A stretch of 64,000 nucleotides of DNA from Candidatus Gastranaerophilales bacterium (GTDB lineage Bacteria > Cyanobacteriota > Vampirovibrionia > Gastranaerophilales > Gastranaerophilaceae), in assembly GCA_905234915.1 (NCBI GenBank), contig CAJOJP010000001.1, forward strand, positions 1,271 to 65,270, in the 5' to 3' direction. The notes under the pieces were generated by a model. That model had not been told where the DNA came from, ran no database searches, and saw only the letters and a list, made by a program, of their open reading frames with translations. The stretch's first letter is position 1; each line of letters opens with the position of its first letter. Shown here in pieces: positions 29,786-39,929 of the stretch. A program made the position numbers and the translations under genes.

Positions 29786-30648
29786 TCTTTATCCTGCTTT
29801 CCGTTTAAATAAGATAACGTAACCTGAGGAAAGGGGATTTCTATACCTTCCTTGTCAAAACGCTCTTTAATCATTTGATTAAATTTACGTTTAATCATCC
29901 ATTGTTCCTGCGGAGTTGTTTTAATTCTGCATTGAATGACAAGGGCGGAGTCTTGAAATTCGTTTAATCCCAAAACTTCTATTTCTGATAAAACAAATTT
30001 TTCGTAAATAGGATTTTCTTTTAACTCCTGCCCAAGTTCTCTTAAAATCCTCATAACTTGAGCAACATCAGATTTATAAGCTACACCGATATTAAATAAA
30101 GGATATGAAAAATTTTTCGTTTGATTTATAACTGTTTCAATTTGTCCGTTTCTTAAATAATGGACATCACCGTTAAAGGCTCGTATAACAATCATATTTA
30201 AAGTAACTTTTTCAACTGTTCCCGTTGAATTATTTACGGTAACATAATCACCAACTCTTAATTGACCTGTTAAGATAATAGTCAAGCCAGTTATAACATC
30301 TTCTACGAACTTTTTACCGCCAAAGCCGACTGCCACACCTAAAACACCTGCCGTTGCAAGTATGGGCTTCATATCAATACCAAAGTTGCCCAGTATATTA
30401 GTAGCAAAAAACAGTATTATTATTGCATCAATAATGTAAATACCCAACTGTTTCAAGGTCATGTATAATTTTTTTGTTTCACTGTCCGATATTCTTGAAA
30501 TTATTTGTTCAAAAATAAGATGAAAACCTTTATTTGCAACTTTTAATATTATTATGAAAATTATAATTTCTAAAATTGTTTTACCTATTAAAAGCAAGTC
30601 AATTTTCCCTGCCTGTTTCATCAATATCTCTTTTATAATTTCTTCCAT
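29782..30648 (-). CDS. mechanosensitive ion channel (MscS family)
   Basis: TM3/beta-domain block GVLGVAVGFGGKKFVEDVITGLTIILTGQLRVGDYVTV. The start was chosen at the ATG at 30648; the ORF track extends to a TTG at 30744. Confidence 0.75.
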   Translation of the reverse strand: MEEIIKEILMKQAGKIDLLLIGKTILEIIIFIIILKVANKGFHLIFEQIISRISDSETKKLYMTLKQLGIYIIDAIIILFFATNILGNFGIDMKPILATAGVLGVAVGFGGKKFVEDVITGLTIILTGQLRVGDYVTVNNSTGTVEKVTLNMIVIRAFNGDVHYLRNGQIETVINQTKNFSYPLFNIGVAYKSDVAQVMRILRELGQELKENPIYEKFVLSEIEVLGLNEFQDSALVIQCRIKTTPQEQWMIKRKFNQMIKERFDKEGIEIPFPQVTLSYLNGKQDKE

Positions 30649-30746
30649 TTGTTTTCCCTTATTTTTGATTTTTATACCAACAATCAAATTATATAACAAA
30701 AGTATTTTTAGTTTCCTAAATAATTTATTGCACATTTTTAACAAAA

Positions 30747-31988
30747 TTGAATAAAAAATTCCAAATGTATTATAATAATATTATTAGAAGGGGAATGTGC
30801 GTGCTTCAGCCTGAATATCAAATAATGAAAAATAACGGCATAAATATTCATGAAAATCCGGTTGAACAGTATTATTACAAAAGCATACCGATAAAAAAAA
30901 ACAGATACTGTAAATATAAACGAAATGCTGCTAACAGGAAGAAAAAACATTTCCCTGTTAAACGTACTCTTTCGTTAGTTGTTTGTTTAATATTATTATT
31001 TTTTATTTTTCCTTATTCTTTTAATTTATATATAAAAGATATATTTCCTTCTAAAACAAATAAATATTTAAATTTAGATAATTCAAAATTACTTAAAACT
31101 ATGTACCCTGTTCAGAGTCTTCTTTCAGTTAATGAAACAGTTCTTGGAAAATATGAAATAGGCAGTATTAAATATGATAAACCGCTTATGCTTGATATTC
31201 CGGAAAATTTTCAAAGAAAAAGATTGAAAAGTGAACTTTTAGAACTTGCGGATAATTATAAAAGTATTTATCCTTCCATATATGTATGGGAATATAAGGG
31301 GCATAGTTTTGTTGATATTAATGCAAATGAACCGTTTCCCGCAGCGAGTATAATAAAAGTTCCCGTACTTATTGAATTATTTCGGGATATTGAACATAAT
31401 AAATTTTCTTTGTTCGATAAAATGATTTTTGAAGATTATTTTAGAGCGGAAGGGTCGGGAAAATTAAAATATACACCGGAAGGAATTGAACATACTCTTG
31501 ATTATTTAGCGCGCATAATGATTGAAAATTCTGATAATTCTTCAACAAATATGCTAGTGTCAAAAATAGGCGGTATGCCCGAGGTTAATCAGGCTATTAA
31601 ACGATGGGGATTAAAAGCTACAAAAATTCGTAACTGGCTTCCTGATTTAGATGGTACAAATACTACTACAGCACGTGAAATGGCAAAAATGTTATATAAC
31701 ATAGATTCAACCAATTTACTTACAAATGAATCAAAAAAATATATAGCTGATTATATGTCAAATGTTAAAAATACCCGCCTTTTAAAATCCGGTCTGCCAA
31801 AAGATGCAAAAATTCTGCATAAAACAGGTGATATAGGTTTTATGCTTGGTGATGCCGGTATTGTAAGAGCATCTAACGGGAAAAAATATATTGTGGTTAT
31901 TATGGTTAGGCGTCCTTATAACAGCATGCAGGGCAGAGAATTCATAGTAAATGCTTCAAAATTAATTTATGATAATATTGCAATCTAA
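30747..31988 (+). CDS. membrane-anchored class A beta-lactamase-like serine hydrolase
   Basis: SIIK (SxxK), SDN and KTG motifs in the correct order, with an N-terminal TM segment. The start codon is uncertain: the track start is TTG, and internal ATGs lie at 30765, 30795 and 30825. Confidence 0.65.
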   Translation: MNKKFQMYYNNIIRRGMCVLQPEYQIMKNNGINIHENPVEQYYYKSIPIKKNRYCKYKRNAANRKKKHFPVKRTLSLVVCLILLFFIFPYSFNLYIKDIFPSKTNKYLNLDNSKLLKTMYPVQSLLSVNETVLGKYEIGSIKYDKPLMLDIPENFQRKRLKSELLELADNYKSIYPSIYVWEYKGHSFVDINANEPFPAASIIKVPVLIELFRDIEHNKFSLFDKMIFEDYFRAEGSGKLKYTPEGIEHTLDYLARIMIENSDNSSTNMLVSKIGGMPEVNQAIKRWGLKATKIRNWLPDLDGTNTTTAREMAKMLYNIDSTNLLTNESKKYIADYMSNVKNTRLLKSGLPKDAKILHKTGDIGFMLGDAGIVRASNGKKYIVVIMVRRPYNSMQGREFIVNASKLIYDNIAI

Positions 31989-32033
31989 TTTTGTTTTTTT
32001 GATATAATCGGGATAGTAGGAATTTATTTAGTA

Positions 32034-33299
32034 ATGAAAACATCGAAACTGTCTCTATATATATTACTAAGTTTAGTTGTAGGTATAATTACAGGTTGGA
32101 TTTTTCCTGATTTAGGGAAAATGATGCAGCCGTTAGCTGTTATTTTCCTGAATATGATTAAAATGATAATAGCTCCGCTTTTATTTTCCGTCGTAGTTAC
32201 CGGAATTGCTTCAAATGGTAATATAAAAGCACTGGGTAAACTGGGGCTTAAAACATTTTTTTATTTCGCCTGTGCCGCTCTACTTGCACTTGTTATTGGT
32301 TTAACCGTAGGCTTGATTTTTGAACCGGGTAAAGGTTTCCCTATTGATAAGCCCAATATAATTAAATCCGCTCCAACTATAGAACCTCATGATATGCATA
32401 ACTCGTTTGTTGAAATATTGATTGAGCTTGTACCTGCCAATATAATAAAATCAATGGCTGAAGGAGATTTGCTTCAAATAGTTGTTTTTTCGATATTTTT
32501 TGCATTCGCAATTTGCGCCACCGGAGAAAAAGCAAAACCGGTCTTAAATTTTGTTTCCGCTTTATCCGAAGTTATGTTTAAATTTACTCAATTGGTTATG
32601 AATTTTGCTCCACTTGGTATTTTCGGCTCAATTGCTTATACTGTTTCAAAAAATGGAATGGAGGTTATTTTTCATTACGCAAAAATTATAGGTGCTTTAT
32701 ATTTGGCTTTATTTATTTTTTTAGTTTTAATATTAAATATAGCTTCATGGATTGCCGGTATTTCTTTATTTTCACTTCTAAGAGCAATAAGAGAACCTGC
32801 TATTCTGGCATTTACAACTTCCTCCTCTGAAGCTGCACTGCCTCAAGCTATGAAAATAATGGAAAATTACGGAGTTCCCAAAAATATTGCCGGTTTTGTT
32901 ATGCCTACAGGTTATACTTTTAATCTTGACGGGTCAACTTTATATTTAGCTCTTGCAGTGTTGTTTTCATTACAGATTTCAGGCATTCATCTTTCCATGT
33001 TCCAGCTTCTATTTTTAATGGCAGCATTGATGGTTACAAGTAAAGGTGTGGCAGGTGTTCCCAGAGCTGCACTTGTTGTTTTAGCAGGAACTCTTGATAA
33101 TTTTGGTTATCCCTTAATTGGCGTTGCTATTCTTCTTGGTATTGACCATATTCTTGATATGGGAAGAACAACCGTTAACTTGATTGGAAATTGTGTTGCT
33201 ACGGTTGTAATTGCAAAATGGGAAAAAGCATTCGATTATGCTAAAATGCAAAAATTTAATGAACAATTTACGAAACAAGCTTCAATTAACATACAATGA
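32034..33299 (+). CDS. dicarboxylate/amino acid:cation symporter (DAACS, GltP/DctA-like)
   Basis: TSSSEAALPQ and FNLDGS re-entrant loop motifs, 421 aa. Confidence 0.85.
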   Translation: MKTSKLSLYILLSLVVGIITGWIFPDLGKMMQPLAVIFLNMIKMIIAPLLFSVVVTGIASNGNIKALGKLGLKTFFYFACAALLALVIGLTVGLIFEPGKGFPIDKPNIIKSAPTIEPHDMHNSFVEILIELVPANIIKSMAEGDLLQIVVFSIFFAFAICATGEKAKPVLNFVSALSEVMFKFTQLVMNFAPLGIFGSIAYTVSKNGMEVIFHYAKIIGALYLALFIFLVLILNIASWIAGISLFSLLRAIREPAILAFTTSSSEAALPQAMKIMENYGVPKNIAGFVMPTGYTFNLDGSTLYLALAVLFSLQISGIHLSMFQLLFLMAALMVTSKGVAGVPRAALVVLAGTLDNFGYPLIGVAILLGIDHILDMGRTTVNLIGNCVATVVIAKWEKAFDYAKMQKFNEQFTKQASINIQ

Positions 33300-33452
33300 G
33301 TTCTTTTTTATGTATTTAAAAAATTTTTTTTCTAAAATTTCATTTTTTTCATTGGCTATAACACGCCCAAATTCAACACCGTCTTTGGTATAGTATTTTA
33401 TGTGTGTACCATTGCTGCCCTGTACTTCTGCACAATTTAAACCATTTTTATC

Positions 33453-34724
33453 TTAGTATCTAAAGATTTTTCTTCCGTTAGTAAGAGTAATTTCCGTTAT
33501 TCTCATTCCGTTATTTAGTACAAAATTTTTGGTTTGTACTATTTTTGATACATCAGGATTTAAAGTTTCTAAAACTTCTTTTAAAATTGCTTCATGACTT
33601 TCGGATGGTTTTACCGGAGTTTTTTCGGTTTTTATGGATTCATCAACTGCTTTTTCTTCTTTAGCAACTGTTTCTTTGACAGGTTCTTCAACTATTTCTT
33701 TCGGTTTAGAAACAGCTTCTCCTCTTTTGACAGGTTCTTCTATTACTTCTTTTGTTTTAGAAACAGTTTTTGCAGTTTTGACAGGTTCTACGAATATTTC
33801 TTGCATGGCTGATGTTTTGTTTTCAGCAGTTTTCACTGTTTTTGGTGTTTCCTTAATCGATGCTGCAATTTCTGTATTTTCACCGTTAATTTTAGAATAT
33901 TTTCCGGAAGATACTTTTGCACCTATCAGTGACATACTTGCAATTGAAGTACCGTTTCCCATTCCCTGCCAAGCGTTTTCAGCTTCTTTATCTGTTTTTG
34001 CCTTATTAGCATCAACGGCACTCTTTCCAAACTGAAAAGCCCCATAAGCTAAACCTGCTCCTGCTAAAACAGGAGCCGCCAATCCACCTGTTGCATATAT
34101 TAATAGCGCGCTGCCAGCTATTATTCCTGCTCCTTTTATAAAATTTTCGGGAGATTCAAACATGCTCACAGCAGGAGATATCAAACCTTTTCCAAAATTT
34201 ATTACTTTATCTTTCGGAGAAATTATTCCGTCATTTATTGAATAATCAAATTCTTTTTCAGGGTTTTCGTTTTTTTCGATTTTTACGGTTTCCTCACGCT
34301 TAATTGTTTCTTTTTTCTCCGGCTTCTTAGGTTTATGGGCTGCCTCCAGTGCTTCTCTTCTTTTTGCAGCCTCCAATTTACTGTCTTCAATAAATTTTTT
34401 CCCTGTTTCAGCAAGTTTAATTTTTAGTTCATCTGAAACAGGAGGTTCTATGTCGGCAGGTTCAACTGTTATTTCTCCGATTTCAGGAAGTTCAAATTCG
34501 GGCAGTTTAGGAACCGAATATTTTGGTTTTCCAATATCTGAAAGCATTTCATCTGTTTCAGGTAAACTTATAATCCCATCAAGACAACTATTTGAACTTT
34601 CCTCTGAATCATATTGCTCAAATTTTGCATATTTATTCCCGTCTTTATTAGTATTAACTTCGCTGTTATTTTTTTTAGCAACACTAAATCCACCAAAATT
34701 GCAATCCATTTTTAAAAATTCCAC
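33453..34724 (-). CDS. hypothetical protein with a glycine-zipper-like hydrophobic core and 17-aa EPVK repeats
   Basis: Long ORF. GAGIIAGSALLIYATGGLAAPVLAGAGLAYGAFQFG segment and a repeated (E)EPVK...VSK.KE unit. The track start is GTG, with an ATG at 34709 as an alternative. Confidence 0.5.
   Translation of the reverse strand: MEFLKMDCNFGGFSVAKKNNSEVNTNKDGNKYAKFEQYDSEESSNSCLDGIISLPETDEMLSDIGKPKYSVPKLPEFELPEIGEITVEPADIEPPVSDELKIKLAETGKKFIEDSKLEAAKRREALEAAHKPKKPEKKETIKREETVKIEKNENPEKEFDYSINDGIISPKDKVINFGKGLISPAVSMFESPENFIKGAGIIAGSALLIYATGGLAAPVLAGAGLAYGAFQFGKSAVDANKAKTDKEAENAWQGMGNGTSIASMSLIGAKVSSGKYSKINGENTEIAASIKETPKTVKTAENKTSAMQEIFVEPVKTAKTVSKTKEVIEEPVKRGEAVSKPKEIVEEPVKETVAKEEKAVDESIKTEKTPVKPSESHEAILKEVLETLNPDVSKIVQTKNFVLNNGMRITEITLTNGRKIFRY
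33675..33810 (-). repeat. about 2.6 copies of a 51-bp tandem coding repeat
   Basis: TTTGACAGGTTCT... recurs at 33675, 33726 and 33777. Confidence 0.8.
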
Positions 34725-34845
34725 TCTTATTTAATATATTTATATAAAAACAAAAATAAATAAAAAAATTGCTAAATTTAACAGCTTAAACTTATTTATT
34801 CCCTGATATTTATGATATGATTTTGTCTGAATAGGGAGTAGTTGT

Positions 34846-36735
34846 TTGATGTTTTTATTTAAGTTTTTTAAATTTTTAAAATACTTTGGAAAAGGTTATC
34901 AGTTTAAACTTGCATATATGTTTTTTATGTCTTTTATGTCCAGTTTACTTGATTTTTTAAGCATTGTTCTTGTTTTTCCCTTTTTAATGACTATGGTAAA
35001 TCCTTCAAGAATTATTTACAGTCCTTTTGCTAAGATAATTACAGAATATACCGGATTTACCGAACAAAAGGATTTAATAATAACGTTTGGTCTTATGATT
35101 GCAATTGTAATAATAATAAAAAACATATATAGTATTCTTATTCAATACTGGCAAAGTAATATGATTAATAAATGGGGTTTGGATATTAAAGAAAAGATGC
35201 TTGGATATTTTCTTTATTCTCCTTATGAAGCTGATTTGCAACGCGGTGACAACAATATAATTACTAAAATTACAACCGGTATTGATTATGTTATGCAAAA
35301 TTTTACTTCGCGGGTTATTTCTTTTATTTCAAACAGTTTCTTGATTGCAATTGTATTTTTTGCACTGATGTATCTGCTTCCTTCTTTTACAATCATGGCT
35401 GTATTCTTTTTCTCTATAGCAGGAGCTTTTCAGGCAGGATTATTCCAAAAATGGAGTACGATGCTGAGTATGAAAAAAGCTATTTTAACGGATTCTACAT
35501 ATAACTCGGTTATAAATAATCTGTCATTTATAAAAGAAATAAAAATTAACGGCTGCCAAAAATATTTTTTTGACTCTTTTATTGATATCTCTGAAAAAAT
35601 GATACCTTACACCGAAAAAATAAATCTGCTGCCGCAAATTCCTCAGTTTATAATTGAAATTATATTTATTTTTACAATGATAATTCTTTCAATGGGAATT
35701 ATGGTGCAATATGGAGAAAATCCGCAAAATATTCTGGTTTCGCTGGGAGTTGTAGCAATTTCAATTTATAGAATTGTACCTCAAATTTATAAAAATCAAA
35801 TATATTTAAATTACATTAACCTTTCTGATTATAAATTAAAACAATTATTTGAGATATATGAAAAATACGGACTTTATGATTATTCAAAAAACAGAGATAC
35901 ACTGGAAAAAATGCCTTTTAAATCTTTTCTTGAAATAAAAAACCTTAACTATTCTTACGATAAAAAAGAAAATGTTTTGAAAAATATTAATTTAAAAATA
36001 AAAAAAGGTGAATTTATAGGCATAGTAGGTCTATCCGGAGCAGGAAAAAGTACGCTTGTTGATTGCTTGCTCGGTTTATTGGAATATGAAGGTGAAATAT
36101 ATATAGATAAAGAATTATTAACCGTTGATAATTTTCAAAAATTCAGAAATATCATAGGTTATGTACCCCAAAAAATATGTAATGTAGAGGGAGATATATA
36201 TACAAATGTTGCCTGGGGAGTAGAAAGAAAAGATATAGATAAAGAAAAAGTAGATGAAGCTTTAAAACAGGCACAGCTGTATGACCAATTAAAACAAACA
36301 GAAAACGGTTTGGAAATAGAATTAAAGCAGGACGGTATTGGAGTATCAGGCGGACAAATGCAGAGAATAGGCATTGCTCGCGCATTATATAAAGATCCGG
36401 ATATTATTGTGCTTGATGAAGCTACAGCAAATTTAGACGTAAAAATTGAAAATAAATTAACCGAAATATTAAATAATTTAAAAGGAAATAAAACAATAAT
36501 AGCAATAGCACACAGACTTTCGACCCTTGTAAATTGCGATAGAGTCGCATTTTTAAAGGAAGGTACAGTTGTTGATATAGGAACATTTAAAGAACTGTCG
36601 GAACGATATCCTGATTTTGAAGAAATAGTCAGGTTATCAAGAATAAAACTTGACAATGACAATAAAATACAGGAGGAAGAGGAAGAAAATACGGAACAAA
36701 ATCAACTTCCGCCTGAGCAATTCGGACTTTACTAA
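34846..36735 (+). CDS. ABC transporter, fused permease/ATP-binding protein (exporter type, no peptidase domain)
   Basis: N-terminal 6-TM domain, Walker A GLSGAGKST, signature VSGGQMQR and Walker B IIVLDEAT. Confidence 0.85.
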   Translation: MMFLFKFFKFLKYFGKGYQFKLAYMFFMSFMSSLLDFLSIVLVFPFLMTMVNPSRIIYSPFAKIITEYTGFTEQKDLIITFGLMIAIVIIIKNIYSILIQYWQSNMINKWGLDIKEKMLGYFLYSPYEADLQRGDNNIITKITTGIDYVMQNFTSRVISFISNSFLIAIVFFALMYLLPSFTIMAVFFFSIAGAFQAGLFQKWSTMLSMKKAILTDSTYNSVINNLSFIKEIKINGCQKYFFDSFIDISEKMIPYTEKINLLPQIPQFIIEIIFIFTMIILSMGIMVQYGENPQNILVSLGVVAISIYRIVPQIYKNQIYLNYINLSDYKLKQLFEIYEKYGLYDYSKNRDTLEKMPFKSFLEIKNLNYSYDKKENVLKNINLKIKKGEFIGIVGLSGAGKSTLVDCLLGLLEYEGEIYIDKELLTVDNFQKFRNIIGYVPQKICNVEGDIYTNVAWGVERKDIDKEKVDEALKQAQLYDQLKQTENGLEIELKQDGIGVSGGQMQRIGIARALYKDPDIIVLDEATANLDVKIENKLTEILNNLKGNKTIIAIAHRLSTLVNCDRVAFLKEGTVVDIGTFKELSERYPDFEEIVRLSRIKLDNDNKIQEEEEENTEQNQLPPEQFGLY

Positions 36736-36814
36736 AAAACAAGCATGTTCACACTACACTAACAGCAATGTAAAAAAGAAATAAATACAAATAATGTGAA
36801 CACACTTTCTAAAC

Positions 36815-36855
36815 ATAAAAAAATGGCTTCCGTAAACTACGGAAACCATTTTTAT
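36815..36855. terminator. bidirectional rho-independent terminator between convergent genes
   Basis: ATGGCTTCCGTA-AAC-TACGGAAACCAT stem (one mismatch) flanked by an A-run and a T-run. Confidence 0.7.
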
Positions 36856-36873
36856 TATATTCTTTCAACAAAA

Positions 36874-37884
<1,011 letters not shown>

Positions 37885-38047
37885 CTACCCTTCAATTTTC
37901 ATTTCTCAGATATCTTTTAGTGTAAAACTAAAAGAAATATAGTCAATGTTTGTATTTATTGATGAGTATTAATTAAATAATTGTTTTGAATTGAAAATAA
38001 AAAAATATTCAATTCCATTATTTTGTTAATACGCACATTTATTAAAC

Positions 38048-39841
38048 TTAATTAAAACGAACTTTATTTAAGTCTGCTTTTCTTATTCTTATATTTTGAG
38101 GTGTAATTTCCAATAATTCATCGTCGGAAATATATTCCATGCAATCTTCAAGCGACATCTTTCTGTGTGCTTGAAGTGTTACCATGACATCAGCAGTTGC
38201 GCTTCTCATATTAGTGAGTTTTTTTGTTTTGCAGACATTTATTTCGATGTCCTGCGGACGATTATGTTCACCTACAACCATACCTCTATATACTTTTGTT
38301 TTCGGAGTTAAGAAAAATACTCCTCTGTCCTCAAACTGAGCAAGTGCATAAGGAATTGCTTCACCCTGTTCATGCGATACAAGAGAGCCGTTTCTCTGCT
38401 TTGAAATATCTCCTGCGTAAGGCTTATATTCATCAAAAGTATGATTCATAATACCTTCACCTCGTGTCATTCTTATAAATTCACCTCTAAACCCTATTAA
38501 ACCTCTTGCCGGAATTGAAAAACTAAGCATTGTTCTTCCTTTTGCATTTTGCATGTGAAGCATTTCGCCTTTACGGTTAGAAAGTTTTTCAATACAAGCT
38601 CCTGCACAATTTTCAGGAACATCAATCAAAAGATTTTCATAAGGTTCCATTAAAACACCATCAATTTTTTTTGTTATAACCTCAGGTTTTGAAACTTGAA
38701 ACTCATAGCCTTCACGGCGCATTGTTTCAATTAAAATGCTTAAATGGAGTTCTCCTCTGCCGGATACTTTAAAACTTTCGGTTGTATCAGTATCTTCTAC
38801 CCTGAGACTTACGTTTTTTTCAAGTTCATCATAAAGTCTTTTTCTTACCTGTCTTGAAGTAACAAATTTGCCTTCCTGACCTGCAAACGGGCTGTCATTA
38901 ACCGAAAAAATCATTTGAAGCGTCGGCTCATCTATTTTGATTAAAGGTAATGCTTCCGTACAATCGGGAGAAGTAATTGTTTCACCTATATGAATATCAT
39001 CAAATCCGGTAATTGCAACAATATCGCCTGCTACAGCTTCTTGAGTTTCCGTTCTTCCCAAATCTTCAAATACATATAATTTAACTATTTTACCCTTTTG
39101 GATACTTCCGTCAGCCTTTATTAAATTTACCTGCTGTTGTGATTTAATTATACCGTTTAATACTCTGCCTATTGCAATTCTTCCGACGTAATCATTATAA
39201 TCAAGGGTTGTTACCTGAAATTGCAGAGTTTTGGTCTTATCGCCCGAGGGATGTTTTATTTTTTCAATAATCATATCAAGAAGCGGCTCTAGATTTTTAG
39301 ATTCATCATTAAGATTTTTCTTTGCAAAACCTGCTAAACCGTTTGCATACACATAAGGAAAATCTATTAATTCCTCATTATCGGTTAATTCCGTAAATAA
39401 ATCAAAAACTTTATCAACGGCACCATCCGGGTCAGCCCCGGTTTTATCTATTTTATTTATTACAACAATAATTTTTATTCCCAGTTCAAGTGCTTTTGAA
39501 AGAACGAATCTTGTTTGCGGCATCGGTCCTTCTGCAGCATCTACAATTAATAAAGCTCCATCGACCATACCCAAAACACGTTCTACTTCACCGCCAAAAT
39601 CAGCGTGCCCCGGAGTATCTACTATATTTATCTTATATCCTTTATAATTTACCGATACATTTTTTGAAAGAATTGTAATTCCTCTTTCTCTCTCTAAATC
39701 ATTAGAATCCAGAACTCTTTCCTGAACTTGCTGATTATCTCTAAAAACGCCTGTTTGTTTCAATATACTATCTACAAGCGTAGTTTTACCGTGGTCAACG
39801 TGCGCAATTATTGCAACGTTTCTTATTTTTGTATTATCCAT
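38048..39841 (-). CDS. typA: translational GTPase TypA/BipA
   Basis: [33 protein letters not shown] and NKID motifs; about 600 aa. Confidence 0.95.
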   Translation of the reverse strand: MDNTKIRNVAIIAHVDHGKTTLVDSILKQTGVFRDNQQVQERVLDSNDLERERGITILSKNVSVNYKGYKINIVDTPGHADFGGEVERVLGMVDGALLIVDAAEGPMPQTRFVLSKALELGIKIIVVINKIDKTGADPDGAVDKVFDLFTELTDNEELIDFPYVYANGLAGFAKKNLNDESKNLEPLLDMIIEKIKHPSGDKTKTLQFQVTTLDYNDYVGRIAIGRVLNGIIKSQQQVNLIKADGSIQKGKIVKLYVFEDLGRTETQEAVAGDIVAITGFDDIHIGETITSPDCTEALPLIKIDEPTLQMIFSVNDSPFAGQEGKFVTSRQVRKRLYDELEKNVSLRVEDTDTTESFKVSGRGELHLSILIETMRREGYEFQVSKPEVITKKIDGVLMEPYENLLIDVPENCAGACIEKLSNRKGEMLHMQNAKGRTMLSFSIPARGLIGFRGEFIRMTRGEGIMNHTFDEYKPYAGDISKQRNGSLVSHEQGEAIPYALAQFEDRGVFFLTPKTKVYRGMVVGEHNRPQDIEINVCKTKKLTNMRSATADVMVTLQAHRKMSLEDCMEYISDDELLEITPQNIRIRKADLNKVRFN

Positions 39842-39929
39842 TATTAATGTTTCCCTATTCCTTAAAATATAAATTACAATTTAATTTTAGTATAAAAAAA
39901 ACTATTTTACAGTAAAAATCAAGAAATAA

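Noticed and set aside
33453-33455. The in-frame TAA, considered as evidence for stop-codon reassignment in this organism
   Set aside because: Many conserved genes in the window end with TAA at the expected length (e.g. the CDF-CBS-CorC gene, asd, the RHH frame), and TGA ends era and glgC. The standard code therefore fits, and the TAA is better explained as a local mutation, error or read-through.
34687-34724. NFGG near the N-terminus of the 423-aa protein, considered as a double-glycine leader processed by the adjacent ABC exporter
   Set aside because: The would-be leader is only 7-12 residues and lacks the usual leader pattern. The ABC protein begins directly with its membrane domain and has no C39 peptidase domain.
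33594-34734. Plus-strand ORFs (33594-33812, 33634-34035, 34450-34734) inside the 423-aa minus-strand gene
   Set aside because: They are antisense to a repeat-rich, compositionally biased gene. Their translations are Phe/Ser-rich low complexity with no RBS, so they are open only because of repeat periodicity.
36159-36662. 167-aa and 77-aa minus-strand ORFs inside the ABC transporter ATPase domain
   Set aside because: The plus-strand frame carries unmistakable Walker A, signature and Walker B motifs, and the antisense frames have no recognisable features.
37930-38047. Small hairpins (GAATTGAA-N12-TTCAATTC and CTTTTAG-N7-CTAAAAG) between typA and ilvC, considered as an attenuator or leader peptide for ilvC
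   Set aside because: There is no Leu/Val/Ile-rich leader ORF (only MKIEG) and no T-run following the stems. They are weak AT-rich stems that are expected by chance.
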